From an uncultured delta proteobacterium (GTDB lineage: Bacteria > Desulfobacterota > Binatia > UBA9968), in NCBI GenBank assembly GCA_963840855.1, contig CAWJBB010000041.1:1-64000 (forward strand): a stretch of 64,000 nucleotides of DNA, written 5' to 3'. Positions within the stretch are counted from its first letter, which is position 1. Each line of letters begins with the position of its first letter. A program made the position numbers and the translations under genes. Below, in pieces: positions 10,307 to 19,958 of this stretch. The notes under the pieces are model-generated. The model was not told the origin of the DNA. It saw nothing but the letters and a program-made list of their open reading frames with translations, and made no database searches.

Positions 10307-13300
10307 GCATTGCGGAATTCGTCTCCCAGCTGCAAACCCTAGACGTTCGGCTGAGCGTCGAAGGGGAGCGTCTGCGCGTTAACGCTCCCAAAAGCGTGTT
10401 GACCGATGGTTTGCGTTCGCAAATTGCTGACCGCAAACAGCAGCTGCTCGATTTCCTTCGTGCCAATGGGGCTTCGGCACCATTGGATCCCCCCACCATC
10501 GTGGGGCGCATGGATACTAACCCCACGCCGCTTTCCTTTGCCCAGGAGCAGATTTGGTTCCTGGAGCAGTTGAAACCAGGCAACACGGTTTACAACATCT
10601 GCCGGGCTTGGCGTCTCGGAGGAATGCTGAACCTTTCCGCGATGGAGTCGAGCCTAAATGAAATCATGCGGCGGCACGAAGTTGTGCGCTCATCGATTCG
10701 TGTAGCCGACGGTCAACCCGTACAAGCTGTCCAGCCGCCGTTCGAGTTGAATTTATCTGTTATAGAACTTCAGGGCACGTCCTCCATCCGGCGGGACTCC
10801 GAGATACGACAGAGAATTCAGCAAGCGGCAGACGCGCCTTTCGATTTCGCTGCCGGAATGTTTCTAAGAGCCGAGCTGCTCCGTGTTGCTGATGATGAGC
10901 ACGTTTTGATTCTGGCAACCCATCACATAGTCTCCGACGCTTGGTCGATGGGAATTCTGACAAGGGAACTGTGGTCGCTTTATGAAACGTATGCAGCGGG
11001 CAAATCATCCCAACTCGAAGAGCTTCAGATCCAGTACGCGGATTTTGCCACTTGGCAGCGCGAGTGGCTGCAACGAGACGTGCTTGAAGGACAAGTGTCC
11101 TACTGGAAAGAGCAACTCAAAGATTTGACCCCTCTAAATTTGCCTACCGACCGGCCACGCCCCGCGCGGCAAAGCTTTGAGGCGGCAAGGACAGCGATTA
11201 GTCTGCCCGAGACTCTGACGGCAGCGATCCATGAATTAAGCGATCAAGCTGGCGTGACACCTTTTATGATTTTACTGGCTGCGTTCCAAGTATTGTTGTA
11301 CCGCTACTGCGTGCAAGAGCACATCGTTGTCGGCTCGCCGATTGCAAACCGCGCCCGCACAGAGTTTGAGCCCCTGATTGGGTTTTTTGTCAATATGCTG
11401 GTCTTGCGCTCGGATCTTTCCGGCAATCCCGCCTTCAAACAATTACTCCATCGCGTGCGCGAGGTGTGCCTGGGCGCATACGCGCATCAAGACGTTCCCT
11501 TCGAAAAGCTTGTCCAAGAGCTGCAGCGGGACCGGGATCCGAGTCGGAATCCTTTGTTTCAAGTCATGTTCGGGTTGCAGAATGCGACGCGTCCGTTCAG
11601 CGGAATTCCCTGTCTTAGAATTGAACCGCTTGAAATCGAAAGAACGCGGTCGCCGCTTGACCTCTCGGTTTTTTTACGTGAGCGCGATGGAAGGTATATG
11701 GGCTCCATCGAGTACAGCACGGATCTCTTCAACCGCGACCGAATCGAGCGAATGGCGACTCACTATCGGACGCTTCTGGAAGCCGTCATCGCCGACCCGA
11801 ACCAGCCGATCGCTACACTGGCCATTCTGACGGAAGCCGAGCGCCAGCAGATCCTCGTCGAATGGAACGAGACCGCGGCCGATTACCCCAAAGACAAATG
11901 CATCCACGAGCTGTTCGAAACTCAAACGGACCGGACACTGGAAGCCGTTGCAGTGCAGTTCGAAGGTGAGCAATTGACCTATCGGGAGCTAAACAGCCGA
12001 GCGAATCAAGTCGCGCATTTCTTACGCGGAGTTGGAGTCGGGCCGGAGAAATTGGTGGGGATTTGCGTGGAGCGGTCTTTGGACATGGTGGTTGGACTGC
12101 TAGGGATTCTCAAGGCAGGTGGAGCCTATGTGCCGTTAGACCCGGCTTATCCGAAAGAGCGACTGGAATTCATGCTGCAAGACGCGCAGGTCTCGGTCCT
12201 CCTAACCCAAGAGAAGTTGATCGAGGATAGAGGATGGAGTCCTGTCCTGAGTGAAGCCGAAGGAATGGATGATCGTGGTCCCCGGTTCTTTCGACCAAGC
12301 TCAGGGCAGCACTCGGTCCTCAATCCTCAAATAAAGATGGTCTGCCTGGACACCGATTGGGAGACTATTGCCCGCGAAAGCGAACAGAATCCCCACTCCG
12401 AAGTGAGACCGGATCACCTTGCTTATGTCATTTACACGTCAGGTTCAAGCGGTGAACCCAAAGGCGTTAAGATCAATCATCATTCTGTGGTCAATCTGTT
12501 TTATTTAACGAATGCGAAACTAGGTTTCGACGAAACTGATGTTTGGACGCTTTTTCACTCCTATGCTTTCGATTTCTCGGTTTGGGAAATCTGGGGCTGC
12601 CTTCTCTCGGGCGGCCGTCTTCTCGTCGTTCCTCTGCAGTTAACACGGTCGCCCGATCGGTTCTTGAAATTATTGCGCAGAGAAGGGGTTACAGTTCTTA
12701 ATCAAACTCCTACAGCCATTAGTCAGTTAGTTGAAAGGATATCGGCAGAATCGGATATTACGGATTTAAGCCTTCGTCTGGTTATCTGCGGTGGCGAAAT
12801 ACTGTCTCCAGTGTTAGCGGCCTCGCTTTTGACATGGGGCATTCCACTCTGGAACTTCTACGGGCCGACGGAGGCCACAGTTTGGTCTGCTGTTCATGAG
12901 GTGACGTCTGTTGATGCTCAAAAGTCATTCATCCCCATTGGTCGACCACTTGCGAACACGCAGATTTACGTTTTGGATAACGAATTGCAGCCAGTCCCGA
13001 TCGGCGTCCAAGGCGAGATTTATATAGGTGGCGACGGTCTAGCCCGGGAATACTTGAACAGGCCTGAACTAACGGCGGAGAGGTTTGTTCAAAATATCCT
13101 TAAGTTCGGGACGCGAATTTACAGGACGGGCGATCTTGGCAGTTACAGATCAGATGGCAGAATCGAGTGCCATGGTCGGGCTGACAACCAGGTCAAGGTT
13201 CGTGGTTATAGAGTTGAGCTTGGCGAGATCGAGGCTCATCTGCGGCAACATCCCGCAATAGAAGACGCTCTCGTCGTGCTTTCGAATGAGCCGTTGGAAA

Positions 13301-15162
13301 AAGGTGCTCGAGCTAGAAGTCCAGAACCCACAATTGCACATTCATTTCGGGTTCAGCGTTTAATTGCGTACATTGTTTTCGCCGAGCAAAATCTATCGGT
13401 CGCTGAACTGCGCGCTTTTTTGAGAAAAAGGCTCCCTGAGTATATGGTGCCCTCTACATTTCTGTTTTTAGACTCGTTGCCAGTTTCAGCTAACGGAAAG
13501 ATAGATCGGCAAGCCTTACCATTACCGAAAGATTTGAGATCCGGGCTCGAGTACTTGCGTGCTGAACCTCGGACACCAATTGAAGAAATGCTAGCGGAGA
13601 TCTGGAAAGAAGTTTTAAAGCTGGATGCGATAAATGTAAATGACAATTTCTTTGAGCTGGGAGGCCATTCGTTACTTGCCGTTCAGATTATCTCTCGAGT
13701 ACGTGAAACCTTTGCCAAAGATGTGTCCATCCATGCAATGTTCGAAATGCCCACGATTGCCGAATTGGCATCCAGCTTGGAGAAAACAGATGATCGTAGC
13801 TCAAACTATCTGCCGCCGATAACGCGCGTTCCACGCGATAAACCGCTGCCCTTATCAATGAATCAGGAACACTTATGGCATCTCGACCAGATTATTTCAG
13901 GAACTCACTTCTTCAACGTGCCGTACGTTCATCGAGTGACTGGCGTTCTCAATATAATCGCGTTGAAAAAAGCGTTACGGGAAGTTATTAAGCGGCACGC
14001 AGCATTGCGAACTGTTTTCGGTCACGAAAACGGTCGTCCTTTTCAGATCATTAAAAAAGTTACTGCGTTTCGCCTGCCTATAATTGACTTTCGGAGTGCA
14101 GACCCCGATGCAGCGAGTGAAGGGACTGCAGACGTCATCCTGCAGGAAAGAACTCAGCCGTTCGACTTGGCCCATGGCCCGCTTATTAGAATAAAATTGT
14201 TATGCTTGCCCAACAATGAGTACTTATTGCTTGTCACGATGCATCACATTATTACGGATGAATGGTCAATGCGAGTTTTTTTTAAAGAGCTGACCGCACT
14301 CTATGATGCTTATTTCCAGAGACGCCAACCGCCATTAAACGTTCCGCCGATCCAGCACGCTGATTTTGCTCACTGGGAGAGGGAACTGTTGAATCGCGGT
14401 CTGCTTGAGGGGCAACTTAATTATTGGAGGATGCAACTCAGTGGACGAATCTCTGAACTGAAGTTTAAGAAAGGTCGCAAAACAACAGAACTAAAATCAT
14501 TTCGTACCAGAAGCGTTGCAATCGAATTTGACGAGGATTTATTTTTCGATATCAGAGAGGTGGCCCATGCCGAAAATGCTACTCCTTTCATCGTTGTGCT
14601 TGCGGCTCTAAATATTCTGCTTTATAAGTGTACAGAACAGAGAGATATACGGATTGGAACCCTTATGGCGAACCGGGGAAGGAAAGAAAGCGAAAACGTT
14701 ATCGGCCATTTTACGAATACGATAGTGCTTTGCAATAAGATCGATCGAAAGCTAACGTTTCGCCAATGCGTAAAGCAAGTAGGGACAGGGGTTCGTTCAG
14801 CTCTTACAAATCAAGGTCTTCCCTTTCACTATCTAGCACATGTCCTCGAGCAAGAGCGAGGAATTCACCGCGCTAACCTCGTGCCAATTATGTTTATTTA
14901 CCATAAGCGTTCGTCGGATGCTGTAAGGCTACCTGGCACAACGTTTGCTCCGGTGGGTTGGCAATATCCTGGCCCTGATACTAGCGTTATGATTACATCG
15001 TGCGACCTAGTCATCAACATGTGGGAAATTAAAACAAAGATTGTCGGTACTGTAAACTACAAGCCCGATGAATTTGGTAACGAAGTTGTCACTAAGATGG
15101 TAACTCAGTTGACTACGATCCTAAAGCGAATGGTAGCTGATATGGGAGATTCGATTTCATAG
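10303..15162 (+). CDS. NRPS, TubC-like N-terminal docking domain-C-A-T-C(terminal); no thioesterase
   Basis: GTGA overlap with the previous stop. N-terminus LDVRLSVEGERLRVNAPKSVLT..RKQQLLDFL resembles TubC_N; C HHIVSDAWS; A FDFSVWE/LNQTPTA/YGPTEATVWS; T GGHSLLA; terminal C HHIITDEWS. Confidence 0.95.
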   Translation: MSIAEFVSQLQTLDVRLSVEGERLRVNAPKSVLTDGLRSQIADRKQQLLDFLRANGASAPLDPPTIVGRMDTNPTPLSFAQEQIWFLEQLKPGNTVYNICRAWRLGGMLNLSAMESSLNEIMRRHEVVRSSIRVADGQPVQAVQPPFELNLSVIELQGTSSIRRDSEIRQRIQQAADAPFDFAAGMFLRAELLRVADDEHVLILATHHIVSDAWSMGILTRELWSLYETYAAGKSSQLEELQIQYADFATWQREWLQRDVLEGQVSYWKEQLKDLTPLNLPTDRPRPARQSFEAARTAISLPETLTAAIHELSDQAGVTPFMILLAAFQVLLYRYCVQEHIVVGSPIANRARTEFEPLIGFFVNMLVLRSDLSGNPAFKQLLHRVREVCLGAYAHQDVPFEKLVQELQRDRDPSRNPLFQVMFGLQNATRPFSGIPCLRIEPLEIERTRSPLDLSVFLRERDGRYMGSIEYSTDLFNRDRIERMATHYRTLLEAVIADPNQPIATLAILTEAERQQILVEWNETAADYPKDKCIHELFETQTDRTLEAVAVQFEGEQLTYRELNSRANQVAHFLRGVGVGPEKLVGICVERSLDMVVGLLGILKAGGAYVPLDPAYPKERLEFMLQDAQVSVLLTQEKLIEDRGWSPVLSEAEGMDDRGPRFFRPSSGQHSVLNPQIKMVCLDTDWETIARESEQNPHSEVRPDHLAYVIYTSGSSGEPKGVKINHHSVVNLFYLTNAKLGFDETDVWTLFHSYAFDFSVWEIWGCLLSGGRLLVVPLQLTRSPDRFLKLLRREGVTVLNQTPTAISQLVERISAESDITDLSLRLVICGGEILSPVLAASLLTWGIPLWNFYGPTEATVWSAVHEVTSVDAQKSFIPIGRPLANTQIYVLDNELQPVPIGVQGEIYIGGDGLAREYLNRPELTAERFVQNILKFGTRIYRTGDLGSYRSDGRIECHGRADNQVKVRGYRVELGEIEAHLRQHPAIEDALVVLSNEPLEKGARARSPEPTIAHSFRVQRLIAYIVFAEQNLSVAELRAFLRKRLPEYMVPSTFLFLDSLPVSANGKIDRQALPLPKDLRSGLEYLRAEPRTPIEEMLAEIWKEVLKLDAINVNDNFFELGGHSLLAVQIISRVRETFAKDVSIHAMFEMPTIAELASSLEKTDDRSSNYLPPITRVPRDKPLPLSMNQEHLWHLDQIISGTHFFNVPYVHRVTGVLNIIALKKALREVIKRHAALRTVFGHENGRPFQIIKKVTAFRLPIIDFRSADPDAASEGTADVILQERTQPFDLAHGPLIRIKLLCLPNNEYLLLVTMHHIITDEWSMRVFFKELTALYDAYFQRRQPPLNVPPIQHADFAHWERELLNRGLLEGQLNYWRMQLSGRISELKFKKGRKTTELKSFRTRSVAIEFDEDLFFDIREVAHAENATPFIVVLAALNILLYKCTEQRDIRIGTLMANRGRKESENVIGHFTNTIVLCNKIDRKLTFRQCVKQVGTGVRSALTNQGLPFHYLAHVLEQERGIHRANLVPIMFIYHKRSSDAVRLPGTTFAPVGWQYPGPDTSVMITSCDLVINMWEIKTKIVGTVNYKPDEFGNEVVTKMVTQLTTILKRMVADMGDSIS
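12220..12331. repeat. Composite palindromic repeat in frame inside NRPS A domain (inverted heptamer arrays plus two inverted 24-bp units)
   Basis: tcgaggatagagga pairs with tcctcaatcctcaa; cctgtcctgagtgaagccgaagga (12241-12264) pairs with tctttcgaccaagctcagggcagc (12287-12310). Confidence 0.85.
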
Positions 15163-15215
15163 TTGAACAAGATTTCTTGTCAAACGACAACGTCGAAAGG
15201 GGGTCGGTAAGAAAA

Positions 15216-16850
15216 ATGAAACGACTGGCTATATCCGGTACGTGTTTGTGGATTATATTGAGTTCTATCGCTTGCACACAAGTCTGGCTCCCGGATGAAC
15301 GCTCAGGGCTTGGTGTCATAGATTCACGCGTGCGTCTAATTCCCGTAAAAACCGACCCGCTGACGATGTTTCAACCGATCCCTAAAACGCTTGAAAGGAC
15401 GATAAGAGTTCCCCTGACTCCTGCCCGACGAGAGTTTTTTGACCTTTATTATTTTGTTCGGATGCCTAGTACCGGAAAGGCCGCAAAGACTGTTCTTTTT
15501 TGTGCTGGAGGTCCTGGACAGTTTATCCCCACCACTGTAGAAGGCCCGTTTACGGATTTCCTAACTAACAATGACTACAATGTTGTCTATTATCATCCCC
15601 GTGGAGCAGGATTCAGTCAAATCTCACCGAGTAACAGGGACGATCGATTTCTTAAAACTTCTTATGTGGTCGACGATATCGAGGTAATTCGCGATGATTT
15701 GATTCGCCAAGGCTTTCTCGGCCCAACCGGAAAATGGGACGCGGTGATTGGTTATAGCTTCGGAACAGTCGTGGCCCAGTATTACGCAGGTACCCAAGTG
15801 GCTCCAGGTACGTCTCCAGTCCCCAAACTAGACCGGCTTATTCTAATTGGCGTTGATTCACGGCACGGGTTCAAAGGACCCGCCGACCCGTTCGATAATA
15901 TAAGAAGCGAGATTCTACAGACTAATCGAACTACGTTAGAATATCTTTTTCAGAAACCGTTCTTTAATTTTCTCTCAAGTCAAGAAAAGGCTGAGTTTCC
16001 AGACACGGCATTCGGTACAAACGGAATTTTTAAAAGAGCCGAGGAGAAATTCGGTAGAATTGGTTTCGTGGTCAGCGCATATTGTGAAATTGAAAATGAA
16101 CTCGTAAGTAACAACCTAGACTATAGCCGGGCATTTTTTAGGGCTCTTCGGGATTTACGGAGCGATGGCTGGTTACCGCCATTCACAGGTCCTAGCTTCG
16201 TTATCGCCATGGGATTAAAAGGATTACTACCGAGTAGCGCTGAGTGCGTTCCAGATCTTAGCGGATCGGCAGATCGTGTGTACAATGTTGTTAGCATCTA
16301 CGACGGTCTAAATATGAAGTTTCTTAGCAAATGGTTGGCGAACGGAAAGACGAACGTTAAGGACGCAGTACGAGCGAGCGGTGGCGAGGTTCATTATACA
16401 AGCGGGAGTATTAACAAGCAGCTTGAGAAGGTTGGCATAAGCAACACCGAGGCCATTGAACCGTGGGATCCGGCACAACACAAACATGATACGCCAACAA
16501 TGATTTTAAACGGTAGCGCTGATACTGTTTCCGCAGGAAAAGCGGTCGAATATATTTTTATCAATGCTCTTTCTGGTCCCCGAACTTTCATCAATTATCC
16601 CGGAGTTGGACATTCTTATGCTACTATGGGGGTACTTTCAAGTTTTCCATCGACGCTTCCAGGAGCCGCTTGCGTTCCTGGCACGTCCAAACCACTCCGC
16701 GATTGTCTACTCTACTCATTTTTGCAGATGAGCCCGGCAGTGTTTAATGCCACCGCCAATGGAATCCTCGGTTCAGTAAGTGGCATGGATATTTGTTACC
16801 GGGATCAGACTATGCCCAGTACCCTCACGGTAGCGGGTTCTTGTCCGTGA
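15216..16850 (+). CDS. Alpha/beta-hydrolase (S33/TAP-like peptidase fold), probable lipoprotein
   Basis: MKRLAISGTCLWIILSSIAC signal with lipobox-like SIAC; AGGPG oxyanion motif; HPRGAGFS; nucleophile GYSFG; NGSADTV (Asp) and GVGHS (His). Confidence 0.8.
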   Translation: MKRLAISGTCLWIILSSIACTQVWLPDERSGLGVIDSRVRLIPVKTDPLTMFQPIPKTLERTIRVPLTPARREFFDLYYFVRMPSTGKAAKTVLFCAGGPGQFIPTTVEGPFTDFLTNNDYNVVYYHPRGAGFSQISPSNRDDRFLKTSYVVDDIEVIRDDLIRQGFLGPTGKWDAVIGYSFGTVVAQYYAGTQVAPGTSPVPKLDRLILIGVDSRHGFKGPADPFDNIRSEILQTNRTTLEYLFQKPFFNFLSSQEKAEFPDTAFGTNGIFKRAEEKFGRIGFVVSAYCEIENELVSNNLDYSRAFFRALRDLRSDGWLPPFTGPSFVIAMGLKGLLPSSAECVPDLSGSADRVYNVVSIYDGLNMKFLSKWLANGKTNVKDAVRASGGEVHYTSGSINKQLEKVGISNTEAIEPWDPAQHKHDTPTMILNGSADTVSAGKAVEYIFINALSGPRTFINYPGVGHSYATMGVLSSFPSTLPGAACVPGTSKPLRDCLLYSFLQMSPAVFNATANGILGSVSGMDICYRDQTMPSTLTVAGSCP

Positions 16851-17189
16851 AGATGAGGCTTCATCACAGTGGTAGCGTCAAGAGTTGTGTGTAAATTTAA
16901 GGTTTCGCTGACTCCAGTTTTGATTGAGGTGTGCCGTGCCGCTACGATACAATCGCGCTAAAATCCTTGGATACTTTTTCAATCCATGGGTTTCTCCTCG
17001 GGTATGTGCAGGTTGAATCTAATCTGCTAGGGCTGCGCAACGGGAACGCATTGCCCGTAGGCTCTGGTGGCTGGATCAACATTGTTGAGAAGTACACGAA
17101 GGCGAAGCGCTACTGCACAGCGCCATTCGAAGTGGCTTTTGAGGGGAAAAGCAAGATAAACATTCCCATTCACGGCGAGTGGACTGGCC

Positions 17190-17675
17190 GATCTTGGGCT
17201 TCCATACCCCGTTCTGTTGTATCAGCGTTTCCTTGGGAGGCCGTTCGCGTCGCACCGGGATTCTGTTAGCGAACAGGTCGGTGAAGTCGTCGAGGCTGCC
17301 GTCAAGGACGTCCTCACGGCCGCCAAGGTCAGTTTTCGCGAGACAAAACGGGCCGAGCGCATTACTGGTTTTGACCAGGCGCCGGATTTCATTCCTGACG
17401 AGTTTAATCCAGTAGCTCTTATATACGCGAGGCTTACGGAGGATGACGGCACGGCGCGCGCGACAAAGTATTGCGTCTCCAGAGATTGCGGACGCTTCGC
17501 GATCAGGGCGGGCCATGACTACGATCGGATCGCCTGTATTGCCGGCCGCGGTTTCAAAGTGCGGCGTGAGGACATGCGCAGACTGCTTCAGGCGACCGAT
17601 GGCAAAGTTTTCACACTAACGACCATGCACCTGCTGATCGAAGAGACCCGCATCAGGGAGTATCGTTCAAAATGA
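17190..17675 (+). pseudogene. Degenerate PD-(D/E)xK restriction-endonuclease-like gene, 5' part missing
   Basis: RFLGRPFASHRDSVS...QAPDFIPDEFNP..IYARLTEDDGTAR resembles a PD..ExK nuclease with the ExK motif decayed; overlaps the start of the DUF262 gene. Family recognised from memory. Confidence 0.45.
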
Positions 17676-19069
17676 GAAGACCGATTAAAGCACCGATTGA
17701 GAGACTAGACGCGAGACTTGACGGGATCGGTCACGTTCTCGCTGACCGGAACATGATTGTTCCCGCCTATCAGCGGCCTTATTCCTGGACAGACGAACAG
17801 ATTCTGGCTCTTCTGCGCGATCTCTCAGATGCCATTCGTGACAAGGATTCGGAGTACTTTCTGGGAACCATCGTCTTGACGAAGAACAATAAAGGTACTC
17901 ATTTCGTTATCGATGGGCAGCAGAGACTCGCGACGGTGAGCATCATCATCTGCGCGATCCGAAATTACTTTCACCGGGTTGGGCACAAAGAACGTGCAGA
18001 CGGTATTCACCAAGGGTATTTGGCACGTAAGGAACTCCGCGGGCTGACGGAAACGGCACACCTGAAGCTGATCGCCGCCGATAACGGCTTTTACGAGAAG
18101 GAAATTTTAGGTCAATCGCCTGGGCCAAAGGGTGCATCTCGCAAGAAGCTGAATCCGTCATCGCATACACGTCTCGAAAACGCGTTGCGTCTTGCGATGG
18201 ATCACGTTGCAGCGATTGCAAACCAAACTCAGGAGCCTGCCCAACTTCTGCTGGACTGGGTAGATTACATTCGCGATAAAGCTAAGGTGATCGTAGTCGA
18301 GGTTAATGACGAGGTGGGGGCTTACACGATTTTCGAAGTTCTCAATATTTGGAAGCCATACGGCGCTGCCGTTCGGGAGTCAATTGACGCTCTAGAGCTG
18401 CTGAAAGCTACTCAGATTCGGCCGCTTGTTTTGGCGATTTTGAAGCACTTTGAAGACGACGAAGTGAAGCGCGCCTTGCCTATGCTTGTGTGTTGGACGG
18501 TGCGCTTTCTAGTTGTGGGCCGCGTAGGCAGCGGGCTGCTGGAGAACGGGTGCTCTGAACGGGCAAAAGAGGTGAGTGCGGGTAGGATCAAAACAGCGAA
18601 AGCACTCTATACTGCGAGCACGGGCTTTCTGGCGTCGGATGACGAGTTCGAGCAGGCATTCAGGACCGTGCGAGTCGCTGCAGATTATCTCTGTCGCTAC
18701 TACTTAAAGGTACTGGAGCACTCTGCAACATCCAGCACAACTGAGCTTGTTGTTAACCCAAATGAAAAGACGGCTACGTTGGAACACGTAATGCCGCAGA
18801 TGAGGGAACCGCACTGGAGGCATGTTACGCCAGAGCAGCATAAGGCATCTTTGAAGCGGATCGGCAACCTCGCCCTGCTAGACAAGAATTTGAATGAATA
18901 CGCCGGTAATCTTGCATTCAGTGACAAGAAAAAGGCATTTGCAAAATCAAAGATCACCCTCACACGGGGGATCGCTGCATTTTCGGAATGGGATCCAAAA
19001 ACCATTGACACACGCCAGGCCCAGCTTTCAAAATTAGCCGTTCAAGCATGGCCGTTGATACCTCGATAA
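17672..19069 (+). CDS. DUF262/DUF1524 (GmrSD-like) protein, probably internally deleted
   Basis: VPAYQRPYSW, YFLGTIV, VIDGQQRLAT, IFEVLN (DUF262); TLEHVMPQ and IGNLALL...N (DUF1524 HNH-like). Confidence 0.85.
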   Translation: MRRPIKAPIERLDARLDGIGHVLADRNMIVPAYQRPYSWTDEQILALLRDLSDAIRDKDSEYFLGTIVLTKNNKGTHFVIDGQQRLATVSIIICAIRNYFHRVGHKERADGIHQGYLARKELRGLTETAHLKLIAADNGFYEKEILGQSPGPKGASRKKLNPSSHTRLENALRLAMDHVAAIANQTQEPAQLLLDWVDYIRDKAKVIVVEVNDEVGAYTIFEVLNIWKPYGAAVRESIDALELLKATQIRPLVLAILKHFEDDEVKRALPMLVCWTVRFLVVGRVGSGLLENGCSERAKEVSAGRIKTAKALYTASTGFLASDDEFEQAFRTVRVAADYLCRYYLKVLEHSATSSTTELVVNPNEKTATLEHVMPQMREPHWRHVTPEQHKASLKRIGNLALLDKNLNEYAGNLAFSDKKKAFAKSKITLTRGIAAFSEWDPKTIDTRQAQLSKLAVQAWPLIPR

Positions 19070-19131
19070 GCTGGTATTTGCCTTAGGACTGTATTTGCCC
19101 TACGACCGAACGCAAATTGATATCGGCTCAG

Positions 19132-19502
19132 TTATTTAAAACTATCGACAAATCCTGGGTCGATCTCGTACATTCTGCGTGGCTTCAAACCCATTTCGAG
19201 TTGCTCAAGCATAGGAACGAGTTTTTCGCCGTCCACGAGTTCAATCGGCGGAACTCCATCCCGAACAGCCTCTTTCCTCAACAGTGAAAGAGCCGGTGGT
19301 GACAATGATTCCTTATCGGCTCGGCAGATCATGGCCCCTCTGAAATCACGGACCTGCACCGGCAAAACAGTTCCTTGGTATTTTTTGCACTGAAACAGCA
19401 CTTTGAAACTGACTAGCGTATTGACTTGCAAGATGCCGATTCCATCGATTCCGCCGTCGCCGGATCTGCCAGTTATACTGACTTTCTGGAATCCAGACTC
19501 CC
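19132..19502 (-). pseudogene. mrr: Mrr-family restriction endonuclease C-terminal fragment, frameshifted
   Basis: TGRSGDGGIDGIG..FQCKKY..VRDFRGAM..RADK..IELVDGEKL; the N-terminus is absent. Confidence 0.8.
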
Positions 19503-19844
19503 TTAATAGGCGTTGGCAGAAGCGCTCGAATCCGGCTGGCGATAACGACTGCAGCTTTGCGATAACTTCGTCCCGATAGATTTGCTGAATGGCTGTCGGG
19601 TCAGCTCGAGCGTGAGCAGAGCGGGAATTTTCGCTTCAATCACTGGAAGAGAGGGTGCACCCAGCAGCAGCATATCTATAATAGGTTTGGCGCCCAATCC
19701 AGGCACCTTAGTGCTTCCGATGTGCTCGATCTGGACGTTGGCGGATGAGAAGACAACCTCAAGCACTTCGCGCTCAGCCGCAAAGCATTCAGGCCACGCT
19801 GAAGAATACGGGTATATTTTAATGAGGTCCGGGTGCGGCATCAT
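19503..19844 (-). pseudogene. GrpB-family nucleotidyltransferase-like protein, 3'-truncated, cassette-like
   Basis: YPYSSAWPECFAAE..IEHIGSTKVPGLGAKPIIDM; starts a few bp after an attC GTTAGGC core. Confidence 0.8.
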
Positions 19845-19848
19845 TGAG

Positions 19849-19915
19849 GCCTAACTCCACGCCTCGCGAGCGTAGAGAGCAGGCGCATAGGTCTTTTCAA
19901 ACCCGATTGTTAGGC
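19849..19915 (-). mobile_element. Integron attC site (degenerate, 67 bp)
   Basis: Minus strand begins GCCTAAC (RYYYAAC) and ends GTTAGGC (GTTRRRY), lying between two co-oriented genes. The inner palindrome is weak. Confidence 0.6.
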
Positions 19916-19958
19916 TTCAAGAATCGAATAGACCCTTTTTCTCTCGCGGACGGGAGCC

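Noticed and set aside
15216-16850. Hydrolase as a stand-alone NRPS thioesterase
   Set aside because: The lipoprotein-like signal, size and GGPG/GYSFG peptidase-type motifs argue against a cytoplasmic type II TE; not fully excluded.
16931-17269. 112-aa ORF after the hydrolase, and the 89-aa ORF at 22166-22435
   Set aside because: No recognisable motifs or RBS; cannot be supported as genes.
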